From contig NC_133618.1 of the NCBI RefSeq assembly GCF_048593235.1, positions 253,419,882 to 253,483,881 on the forward strand: a stretch of 64,000 bases of DNA. Reading direction: 5' to 3'. This DNA comes from Sminthopsis crassicaudata (taxonomy: Eukaryota). The translations under genes were made by a program, and so were the position numbers. Below are positions 27,131-38,619 of this stretch, piece after piece (position 1 is the first letter of the stretch; each line of letters opens with the position of its first letter). The notes under the pieces were generated by a model that saw only the letters and a program-made list of their open reading frames with translations, made no database searches and had not been told where the DNA came from.

Positions 27131-28826
27131 GATTAACTAGTGAAGATCCTTGTATTAATTAAATACTGTGAAATTCTTAACCTGGGGTACATGACTTTGT
27201 TTTTAAATTTTTTTGTTTATTGCTATTCAGAATAAATTTACTTCCTCTATAATTCTGTGTACTTTATTTCATTCACTTAAAAGCATTATTCTGAAAAGGG
27301 GTTCATTGGCTTTCTTCCTCAGACTGATAGATCTGATCTATGATACAAAGAACATGAAGAACACTCAGTCAAGATGGATCTTTTGATAAGTTGAGATGGT
27401 ACTGAATAAGTATCACCTGGCCTTTCTTAAAAGGAAGAGTAAATAACACATGTTGTGGCTTTTATTCTTTTTCATATTAAGTTTTCATTTCTTTATAAGA
27501 ACCTTGGGTGAATTGTTAACAAGAGCCTGATTTCTTTCAAAGACATCTGCCAAGGGAATAGTTATCAGTGACCTCTCTTTTGCAGAAAACAGCTAAGAGG
27601 AAGTAGCTGATGACATCATTCTTCCATAGGAAGAACTGAACAAGGATGGTATTAAAATAGTTTTCATTTTTAATGCAAACATAAACCATTCCCATCTTCT
27701 CCTTTTCCCCTCCCATCATCCCCATTAAGGAAAAGTTGTTTTTTGTTTTGTTTTTTTGTTAAATCCGCTCAGTATTTGTCAGGTTTTTCCAATTGAGGCA
27801 GAATTTTCTACACTGTAAAACCCCATTATGGGTTTGCAAGGTGGGAGATGAGGAGCCTGGAACAAAAGCCAAACCTACTTTTTAATGCAAATGCATCAGA
27901 CCCAAGTATATCCAGTTTGAATTGTCAAATAGGTGGTCAGTGAATCAGGACTGGAGATCAGAAGACAGACTTAATGACGACCTTGACAGTTAGATTGCAA
28001 AGTGCTGAGCATTGAGTGAAAGGAGAAGTGCAGGCAACAAGTGTAAACATGCTGACTCTATTCCTTGTGCTATTGCTGTCTTTCCCATATAAGTACATCC
28101 ACTTTGTTCAATAAAAACAGTGGAAATAAAAATAAACAAAAGTGAGAGTAAAATAATGAATATGTTCCTATTCCTGGGATTTCACAAGAGTGGAACATGC
28201 TAGCCCTGGGGTGGGGTTGGGGGTGGCTCCTAGCCAGATGTTCTGCCATCTCTTGTTTAAAAAGCCCATGAGGGGTGGCTCCCAGCCAGAGCTGTCCAGA
28301 ATCCTAATTATTTCTCTTGCTCTTTGGAAGTCTTCGTTGTCTGGAGAAAGGGAAGGTAGGTATCTATGTCAGGATTATGTCAGATGTCTATTGGGTCCTG
28401 AGAATGGAGGGGCTAGAATCCGTGCTGGACTCTGATACAAGCTCACAAATTGTTCCTGGTGATCAAGTATCAGGTTGCTGCTGCTTTGAGAACCCCTCCA
28501 GTGTTACTATACTGGGACTTGATCCCAGAGCTGAGACAGGGCTCTGCAGGAGCAAGGCTACCCAAACAGCCAAGACCCACTTTAATGCTCTACACAGGGC
28601 TATGATAACCCCATATTTCTTCTCTATCTTTAAGTCTAAGTGCTCATGTCCTAGCTCAGAGATTTCAATAAAAAACCAATTTCTTTGTTTCAGGAAATTG
28701 ATTTTATTTATTTGAATCATTTTTTTTTGAAATAAATCTTTATTTGTTTGAAAGGTCTATTTAAGATCTATTTCATAATGGACCAGGTTTTAATGAGCCA
28801 ACTCTTTATCAAAATATGGACAAAGG

Positions 28827-29674
28827 CAGATTGGCTAAGATGACAGGAACAAATAATGATGAATGTTGGAGGGGATGTGGGAAAACTGGGACACTAATAC
28901 ATTGTTGGTGGAGCTGTGAAAGAATCCAGCCATTCTGGAGAGCAATCTGGAATTATGCCCAAAAAGTTATCAAACTGTGCATACCCTTTGACCCAGCATT
29001 GCTGCTATTGGGCTTATGTCCCAAAGAAATACTGAGGAGGGGAAAGGGACCTGTTTGTGCCAAAATGTTTGTGGCAGCTCTTTTCGTAGTGGCTAGAAAC
29101 TGGAAGATGAATGGATGTCCATCAATTGGAGAATGGTTGGGTAAGTTATGGTATATGAAGGTTATGGAATATTATTGCTCTGTAAGAAATGACCAGCAGG
29201 AGGAATACAGAGAGGCCTGGAGAGACTTACATCAACTGATGCTGAGTGAAATGAATAGAACCACAAGATCACTGTACACTTCAATGCTGTATGAAGATGT
29301 ATTCTGATGGAAGTGGATATATCTTCAACATAAAGAAAATCCAACTCACTTCCAGTTGATCAATGATGGACAGAAACAACTACACCAGGAGAAGGAACAC
29401 TGGGAAGTGAATGTAAAATATTAGCACTACTGTCTATCTACCCAGGTTACTTATACCTTCCGAATCTAATACTTAATGTGCAACAAGAAAATGGTATTTA
29501 CACACATATATTGTATCTAGGTTATATGTAACACATGCAAAATGTATGGGATTGCCTGTCATCAAGGGGAGGGAGTAGAGGGAGGGAGGGGATAATTTGG
29601 AAAAATGAATGCAAGGGATAATGTTATAAAAAATTACTCATGCATATATACTGTGGAAAAAATTCTAAATAAAA
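28827..29674 (+). mobile_element. 5'-truncated young L1, same subfamily as 9601-10501
   Basis: Open ORF2 C-terminus ECWRGCGKTGTLIHCWWSC; 16-bp TSD aaaatatgRacaaagg at 28811-28826 and 29675-29690. Confidence 0.93.
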
Positions 29675-31039
29675 AAAATATGAACAAAGGGAATTGGTTT
29701 TTGAGTTTAAGGGAGGAGACCACTTCCTCCAATCCCCCATCTCATCCCCTGCCCCAAGACTTTGGGAGCCAATATAGTACAATCAAAAGCACACAATATT
29801 TGCAGTCAGAGAGTTTCAAATCTAGCTCTGCCACCTACTACTTTTGTAACAGCAAGTCAGTTAACCTCTCTTCATCCACTGCTCGGGCCACTGGATTTTG
29901 ATAACTGGAAGAGAGGAGACTTGCACAAACTCAATCGGAATGAACCCAATTCATTTGCAAATCAAGAGATCACCCCATGGTGTCATTGGTCCTCTCCAAA
30001 AATGAAGGATAAACAATGAAAACATTTTTCCCAACTATGAAATGAGGTTGCATTAGATGATCCCACCTACTCTCATCCCCTTCCATCCAGTCCCTCCATC
30101 ATCCCACTCAAAAGCTGACTACTGCCTGCATTATGCTCTCTGGGATGCTTGCTCCACGAGGAACAAATTTACTTTCTTCTTACCTTCTTCCAAACTCTGT
30201 TTCTCATTGAGATGTGGCAAAGGAGCTTAGGAGGGATATTATCTTATAATATATAATAATATAATATATTAATATTTCATTTAATGTTATAATATTAATA
30301 TAATAATATAATTGTTTCTGTTGCCTTCTGGGTAAAATATAAACTCCTCTGCTATTTAAAGGTCCAGTTTATCTTTCTATGCTAATTTTATTTACAGAAA
30401 TAACATCAACAACATTAATATTAACATTATGCTTGCTCAGCTCTTACTGTGGAAGAATGATGTCATCATTTGCTGTTTCCCATGCACCTCACACTTTCTG
30501 CTGCCATATCTTTGTACAAGATGACACATGTCAGAAATGCTCCTCTCCCCTCCTTGGAAGGAATCCAAGGATTCCTAGGATTCCCCAGCTCCCTGGAAGG
30601 CTCAGCTAAAGTAGCATCTTCTCCATAAAGCTCATCCCAATCTCCCTCCTCATTCTTACTTTTTTTACTTTGTGCAAATTTGTCTGTAAATGTGTTTTTC
30701 TTTCCACTGTCTACCAATAGCACATAAACTCTTTGAGACAGGAAGTTTTGTCTTTGTCTCGCTATTGCCAAGTGCTGTTCCTGTCATGTAACTGGTACTT
30801 CATAAATGCTTGTTGATGTGAAATATGGGATTTAATGTTTCTGGTTAATGGTTTCAGAACACTTCTTGTTAGTCCCTCAAAACAATCTTATACCCAGTTA
30901 CCCACAAGGAAAACCTCATCTTCATCTAAATGTGTCAGGGAAATAGGAGGCTAAAGGAAGAAGAATGTAAGGGAAATAAGAGGGATTAATCCTAAGCAAA
31001 ATTAACTCCAAGAATATACAAAACTGTTTTATATCTTTT

Positions 31040-31400
31040 TGATTTGGCAAAGAATAGGATCTGAAGGGAAACTCATCAACTAGGGACTATTTGATTAATT
31101 TATGGTGTATATATCTGATGGAATAATATTGTGGTATAAAAATTGAAATGGATTCAAAGAAACCTGGAAAGACTTTACATAAACTAGTACAGACTGAAGT
31201 GAGCAGAAACAAGAGGAATATTATATAATGATGGTAATATTATAAAGATAAACAATTTTGAAAAGCTTAGGAAATCTGATCAGTATAATAACCACTATTT
31301 TTGCATCTTTGTAATGTGTTTTCTTTTTCTTTCATTCTTAGTGAGGGAATGGAAGAAAGAGAAAATGGATATTTTTTTCCTGATTGGGAATTTTTTTTTT
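31040..31400 (+). mobile_element. Old L1 3' fragment
   Basis: gaaacctggaaagacttt...gaagtgagcagaaacaagagg, the L1 ORF2 end motif. Confidence 0.5.
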
Positions 31401-32379
31401 TTTTTTTTTTTACAAAAGTGCCTTCTATGGGCAAGGTCATTCCTGGAGAGATAACATATCCATATATGTATATGTGTGCAAATTTCTATCTATCTATATC
31501 TATATATATGTATCCTTAGGGGCCATATCACATCACCTTATATATAGCAGATGTGTAATAAATGCTTGTTGATTTGATTTGAATAAAATATAGATTGTTT
31601 CAACCTACTTATATACTGAGTTTCAGACTTCAGATGTTAACTATGCTTTATAGTGATTAAAATTTCGTTGAACACCTGGTAAATTGGGACTCACAATAGT
31701 AAAACTTAATATTTTCAAAATTCCCTTTTCCTCCATTTAAATCAATCCTACCTGTTCCTATGTTCCAAGCCTCATAGCTTTTACCCTAACCTAGATCTAG
31801 ATCTCAGTGAACTTTAAAAGTTGGGAATTTGGCAATGGAAAAGAAACCCACTGTGTCAATGAAAAGGAAACTTCTAACCAATTTGGGTTATGCATCATTA
31901 CTTTTATGCTCACTCACTCGCTCTCTTGAGCAATATAGTCAGGGAAAGGTTAGCTTCAAATGTGTCTCTCTTTCCCAACAAAGCCTTCTGGCCCAGTTTT
32001 CTATCCTTCTATAACTATTATTGTAACTCTGATCACTATGGGGACTCAAAGTTTGGGGGATGCTTCAAGAGAAAAAAACAATCATTTAGGATCCACAAAG
32101 AAAAGGATCATGATCTAAAACAGAGAAGCAAGGAAATGATTACTCTATAAGTATGAACTTGGGACAATACATAGAGTTTAAAGAATTCTGATGTGTGTTG
32201 AATGTATATACATACATATATATATGTATATATGTATATGTGTGTGTGTGTATGTGAAATCTTTTTTAATCCCCAGACAATCACAATGCACAGGGCACAA
32301 TTAGGTGTGACATTTTCCCTTGATTGTGACATTGCTGCTCTCTCCTGGTTCTCCCTTTACCTAGTCACTGTTCTTCCAC

Positions 32380-33240
32380 CTCTTTTCTACCCCTAAGTAT
32401 GAGCATCCCTAAGTTTCTGTTCTTGTTCCTCTTCTCTTTCCTCTGTATTTACCTTACCTTGACAAGGTATTCATTTTTATGGCTTCAATGGCACTCTGTG
32501 CAAGAACTCCCAAATCTACCACCAGCCTCATTGTTAAGAGAGCCAGACCCACATTTTCAGCTGACTCCTAGACATTTCCATCTAGATATCCCACTGACAC
32601 CCAAGTTCAGTGTGTCCAACACAACTTACATTTTCTCAACCTCCCCCCAAAAAAACCTTCCCCTCAACCCAACTTTTACTGCTCTGTTGATGGTGTCAGC
32701 AAACTCCCAAGCACCCAGATTTGAAATTACTTTTTCCCTTTTATTTCTCCAGTTTAGTGAGTTACTAAATCTTTTCAATTCCCTCTCCATAATATCAGTG
32801 CTTTCACTCCTTCCTTTCTACTCCTTGATTAATGTGACAGGAATTCAGTTTCTTATCCCTCTTGTCTTATCAAGCAATAGTATTTTATCTGGTCCTTGCC
32901 ACTATAGCCTCCTCTCTCCATTCTTCACATCATTGTTAAAATACTCTTCCAAGTGGACAGGTATGACTATGATACTCCCTGCCTCCTAACTTTCAAAGCT
33001 TCACTGTTTCCTACAGGACAAAGCCCAAAGTGTTTGGCCTGATACAGTTATATATTTGAGCAATATTTCCAGTTCTATTTCATGTTATCACCTTACACAT
33101 ATTCTGTGTTCCACTCATACTACACTATCAGCCACCCCTAGTTTTTTTTTTATTATTTTTTTTGCATTCTCTGTGTATTTATGAAAATTATCCTCCATAC
33201 CTGATATATACTCCTATAATACGTCTGTTGATCTATTCAT
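32380..33240 (+). mobile_element. L2 fragment
   Basis: Pyrimidine-rich L2 body motifs. Confidence 0.55.
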
Positions 33241-34479
33241 ATGCATCTATCTTGGCAATTTCTTATTTCATCCCCTTTTAAATCCACCTTATATTTTGTA
33301 GCATGATTATTTGTGAATATAATTTATCCTCTACTATCAGATTATAATTTCTATGAGATGAAACATTGTGTTTTATTACATCTTTGTATGGTCTTTGGGA
33401 AACATTTGTGGTCATTTTTCTTTAGAGACCATCTCATGAAGGATGAGCAGAGTTCCCCATATCTGAATCAGCATTTAAGGTCTTGGATGCTTTATTACAA
33501 AGCAATCCCTTTTTAGTCCCTTGGTCCCATGATGGTGGTCAAGAAAGATCGCACGAGTTTCAAAAGTAGAGATAGTCTCTAGCTTCTCTTCTTTGTTTTT
33601 ATCTCTGAAGTATGCAGAAATATTTATTTTCTCCTCCTGGGCTTCCTATGAAGGCTGAGAAACAAAAAGCAGTTCAACTTTTCCCCCCTTCCCAAAAGAT
33701 ATGGTGAATTAATCACCTATGGTAAGTAAAATATTTGCACCTTAAGTAAGTTTGAGACTGGATCTCAGAACTTTGCTTTGAATGTGGCATTTTTCTACCT
33801 GATCATAGATGATTGAACAGTGACCCTAAAACTGAAGTACCTAGTCTTGCAGGCAATTTGTAAAAATCCTAGATTCCTTGTCAAAGCTAACTGGTGGCAA
33901 AGAGTATTTCCATATCATGGAATGTGATTACTGAAAGAGAGAAGAGCTTAACTTCTGGCCTGGTTTGGCAGAAGAATAGAGCTCTAGGAGAATGTTCAGT
34001 CAACACAGAGTCAAGGTGAAATATCAAATGCCTATTCAAAAGTTCTGCAAATTATATCTTGATGTTTTAAGGATGAATTTTCTGGAATAGTATAATAAAA
34101 TTACATTAGCTAAAAGCTAGTTTTTTAAAAGTCTTTTGTTACTATACACTTGTAAGCCTTTGTGTTAAGCATTTCTTCTATGTTTCTATACTAATTATTC
34201 TTAAAATCTATTTATTCAATCCTAATTTTCCCCTAACCTCCCATCTCTAGCTATCTGCTAGATATCTCTCACTGAATATTCCCTAGACAATTTAAACTCA
34301 ACATACCCCAAACTGAAGTAATTATCTTTTTACCTAAATATAATACCTTTTTAAACTTCCTTATTACTCTTTTCTCAAGAGAAATTCTGAGAGACAAAGT
34401 TCTGAGCATGATCCATTTATTAGAAAGGCTAGTAATTGCCAGTGAATGGATTCAATGGATTTTCAGTGACCGAAGACCT

Positions 34480-34810
34480 CAAGTCTTGTATAATGATTAA
34501 TAAGACGACAGCAAAATTTTGAGCACCATAGGTGTGTCTTCTTGTGATTGCTAGAAAGTAAAAACCTCTCACATCAGCTTGATATTACAACATTTGGATA
34601 TCTCCTTTTATAACACTCTTAATCATAAATAAAGCATGTAGTTTGGGGAATTTGGGAACTGCCACAACTTACACTGAATAAGTGTAAGCTTTAGGCTAAG
34701 CAAGTTTTTCTGGAATGTGAGTGAGAAGTTGAAGTTATGAGGGTACAAATATGGGGAAGAAAACCAGGGTAGAAAAATAACTCATAAGAATAGAATTCTT
34801 GTTAAATTTG
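34480..34810 (-). pseudogene. Degraded N-terminal part of a chaphamaparvovirus-like capsid (VP) gene
   Basis: WFSSPYLYP (34766-34740), LWQF (34667-34656), YQADVRGF (34584-34561) and PM (34532-34527), in the order and approximate spacing of W.N.PYIYP, LWxHF, YEAY.VKGY, PM. Confidence 0.6.
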
Positions 34811-34959
34811 AGGTTACCTGAGTAAACTTGCAAGAACATGGAATAGTGAGGGTGAATATTAAGCTACCTTGATTATGTCTTAACAAAGTAGAATTTAAAA
34901 TCAATTTTCAGTTTCACAGAAGCCATACCACCCAAGAAACACTTAGTCTGATTTAAATT

Positions 34960-36100
34960 ACAAATTAAAAAAATCATATATGTCTATTTCTCCATAATGT
35001 TTAATAAAACTGATGTAAGTATTAGAGAAGTAAACATGTTGTAAATAAGACATTTGAATCATTGTGAACCACTACGAATTCTTAGGAATCAGTTTATCAG
35101 AGCCAAAAGACAATTATGAAGCCTGGGACTTAGCAAAGTCTTATGATATGTCATAGGACTCCTGATAAACTCATCTCTGCTAATTCTAATGTAGTAACCC
35201 CAATATATTGAAATAAGGACTAAAGAAATTTTGTCCTAGATAGTCTACAATAACAGGACTAATTTGAGAAGAAGGTCCCCAAAACCATCAGCCTTATTCT
35301 TATTCATCCCTTGGTCTTTGTAGACCACTTGTAATTGATGCTTTGGCAAATTCTACTGAGTCCAATTCTTGTAAGTAGACTTTACTAAGACAGTGGCACA
35401 TGGGCAAGAAAGGAAAAGGAATGGTGAATATGGTCTTCTTCCTAGTAACCCATTCCCAATATCCATTTCATAAGTACATCATATCTTAGAATAGCCATGT
35501 CCCTAAAGAAGCTCTGAAGGGAGAGGTTTATTTTAGATATGCTTCTCTAATTCAGCTTACTTGCAGAGATTCTTAGATGTGTCTGCTATAATCTTTTGCA
35601 AAACAGACCTCAATTCAATTTAGTATGCCCTCTTGAATTTAGTTTTCCAATAATGAGCTCAAACATTAGGAACCCATATTAGCTCAAAACTTCAGAGAAT
35701 GTAAGATTTAACATCTCACCTGGTGTTATTTAAACTTTGTATTTGATATGGAACACTGCAATCTAAAGGGAAAATTCTAAAAAGAAATCTCTGAGAACCT
35801 AAATTGTAAAATGAACCCTTCTGGGTAAAGATTACTATTTATCAAAGTAGACATATAATTTAGGATACATAAAAGGAAAAACTTCAGTTTTACTACTTAT
35901 AACTGATCTGTGATGTATTAGCAAATCTTGATGCTATTGAAAAATCAAAATCTAAATATTTTAAAATAGAAGGCAGAATTCTGAAATTCTCAGTTAAGCT
36001 TTAAAAATAAATCTATTCCATTCAGATTTGAAAATTTTTACATTCCATCTTTATGTTACATCTTTATTGAAATCCAATTCCTCTTTCTCCCTCTAGCCAA
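34960..36100 (-). pseudogene. Degraded parvoviral NS1/Rep (chaphamaparvovirus-like endogenous viral element)
   Basis: Collinear motifs across stops and frameshifts: xHQDLLIHH (HUH region, ~35936-35910), E-x2-F-*-N-x9-SNT (35791-35738), IELRSVLQKIIADTSKNLCK*AE (35619-35551), LSKVYLQELDSVEF (35389-35348), SINYKWSTKTKG (35342-35307), WGPSS (35281-35267), YWG (W at 35202), TLLSPRL (35139-35119), FK-x7-TSLILTS (35058-35011). Confidence 0.7.
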
Positions 36101-36119
36101 GAAGAATATAACTTTTTTT

Positions 36120-36275
36120 GTCATGCAGTTATTCAGTCACTTTTGATTCTTCATGATCCAATGGACCATAGCATGCCAGACCCTTTTATTCTCCACTATC
36201 TCTCAAAGTTCATGTTTGTTGTTTCCATGATATTATCTATCTCATCTTCTTCTGTCCCCTTTTCCTTTCTCCTGG
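36120..36275 (-). mobile_element. RTE/BovB-like 3' fragment
   Basis: ttcagtcact...ccaatggaccatagcatgccag...ctcaaagttcatg...tctcatcttcttctgtccccttt resembles the BovB/ART2A end. Confidence 0.6.
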
Positions 36276-37361
36276 CAAGCTGTGGTCCAATTAAAGAATA
36301 AAAAACTAAATATTTTTAAATACCACAAAAAGCAGAATTCTTTTAAAAAATTCAAATTACATATATAATAATCTGATCTTTAAAATTTTTCAATTAATTT
36401 TTCACTTTAATTATTTTAAAATTAATTGGAACTATATTTACCAATTAATTCCAATTCCTCCTGAGGAGGAGTAGAGATTGATAAGAATCTATTCCTTTTA
36501 TAAAAGCATAGATAACAACACTCTGAGTATATATTTCTAGTACACAAAATGAATTGACTTAGAAGTTGGTAATAGATAGAATAGATATCATGGAGGTAAA
36601 ATAAATTCAAGGTCTGATTAAGCAATTGATTGGATCTGGATGAGCATGAAGAAGAAAGGATCAAGGGCTTCTATATCATGAACTTGATTTATTAGAACAC
36701 TGGTAATCAATAGATGTAAGGAAATTAGGAAGGAGATATGAGTTTCAGAGGAAAGTTAATTAATTGTTCTGGACATATTAAACAAGATAATTCAATACAG
36801 TTAATTTGAATTCAGCTACATTTAATATTGTTTTTGTTTATATTATTGATGTCATGAATATTATCTTTCTCTGTATCAATTCATACAAGCATTCCCATAT
36901 TTCCTTAATATTCATTGTTTCCCAGACTGCAATAGCATAATATTATATTCATATGCCACAATTTCTTCAGCTATATCCCAGATAATGAATACTCTCATTT
37001 TATTGCCATTTTTTGACTGCTATAAATAGTGTTAGCATCCCAGCTGAGGATTTGGGGATAGACTATTATCAGCCCCATTCTCCTTTTCTGGGTCTGTTAA
37101 GAACAGAAAGAAAAGTCAAAAGATTAAGGGACAGGGAGAGAATTGGGTAATAGAATTTATGTTTTGAGTGTGCAGAGGTAGATAGCAGCTGAATTGATTC
37201 TATCATTCTATCATTGCTCTTCATAAACACATTACCTTCTCTTCAAAGAAGACCACAGATTTTGAACCACAGGGTAGTTTGATAATAGAGATTATTTTTT
37301 TATTTCCCTGTCAAGTTGATGATGATGGGAATAATGAAATAGATAAGAATCAAGATGGGTT

Positions 37362-37622
37362 AGTATTGTTTTTCAATCACGTCTGATTCTTTATATCCCA
37401 TGTAGGATTTTCTTGTCAGAGATAATGGATTGATTGGTCTGCCATTTACTTCCCAATTGACTTTACAGATGAGGAAACTGAGGCAAATAGGATTAAGCAA
37501 TTTGTCTAGGGTCATACAGCTAGTAAGATTCTAAAGTCTGATTTGAACTCAGGAGAGGAGGCTTCCCGACTCCAGCATTTTAAAATGCCCAGTATTTTAT
37601 CCACTGTGCCATGTAGCTGCCC
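37362..37622 (-). mobile_element. MAR1-type CORE-SINE
   Basis: ttacagatgaggaaactgaggc core, cagctacatggcacagtggat head. Confidence 0.75.
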
Positions 37623-38619
37623 TAACCATATTTACATTGGTTTCTTTTTTTTTAAGTGCATGTTAAATTTAAAGTAGTAATGAAATTGCCCTGTTTTGAC
37701 CCCTTCTGAATTTTTTTTGTCTATAAATGGATTATTGATGTTCTCTTTACAATTCCATCACTACCCATTCACTCCCACAGAAGCCTTCCTTTGTAACAAA
37801 TTGACCATATCTGAAAACATATATCTTTTTCCATCACTACTGTGCAGGGATTCTTAACCTGTTTGCCTCAGTTTCCTCATCTGTAAAATGAGTTGGAGGA
37901 GGAAATGGAAAACTACTTTAGTATCTCTGCTAACAAAACCCCTAATGGGATCATGAAGACTGAAAAGAATAAATAATCACGTAAGTATGGTTTAACATGG
38001 GATCTTTTTTTTTGTTGTTGTTCTACATATTTATTGATAATTTAAAATTTAAAATTCATATTTATTGATAATCATTAAGCTCATAATAAAAATAAAGCAA
38101 AAAATAATTAAGAATGAAAAACCATTATGAAATTGTGAGTATATCAGGGGCAGGCTTCTCCTTGTCTCCTGGTTCAGATCTAGACAGTGAGACAGAGGGA
38201 CTAGGGGGATTCTACAGCTGTCTGTGGGACCCAGAGCTAGGTAGTGTGTAATTCGATGAGCTGAACAGTGAGTTGGATAGTTAACAAGCTACTTGTTTCT
38301 CCAAAATTCATTCATTCATTCATTCTTTTTTTTTTTTTCTGAGGCAATTGGGGTTGTGACTTGCCCACCTAGCTGCCCCCCTTCTTAATTTTTATTACAA
38401 AAGTTTGCTCTGGTAGCAGGGAAAGATCTAATTAGAAATAAAGGTAACCTAGAAATAAAACTATCAGTAAGTATTCTAAAACTTTAAAATTTAAAATTAA
38501 AAGCTTGCTTTAGAATTCAGTTGTCTTACAAATAAATTCAGAGAATATTTAATGAAGAGATCATTTGTTTGAATTGAACTAAAAACACTTCTAATCCTCT
38601 TTACTGTTTCATAAAATAC

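Noticed and set aside
27400-27900. Possible enhancer (TTCAAAG, TGACATCA, ATGCAAAT motifs)
   Set aside because: Short motifs occur by chance; no conservation or chromatin data available
30238-30312. AT-only stretch as a perfect palindrome or hairpin
   Set aside because: Low-complexity sequence without an exact long inverted repeat
34388-34612. Minus-strand TATAAAA, AATAAA and ...TCA read as an LTR 3' half
   Set aside because: No convincing 5' TG end or TSD, and the TATA lies within the VP-like reading frames; kept only as an alternative to test
34926-34950. QTKCFLGGM as the helicase motif B'
   Set aside because: About twice too far from Walker A; LLSPRL and TSLILTS fit the expected spacing instead
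35419-35448. SH3-like peptide NGEYGLLPSN on the plus strand
   Set aside because: Isolated motif with no flanking SH3 residues; the opposite strand is explained by the NS1-like frames
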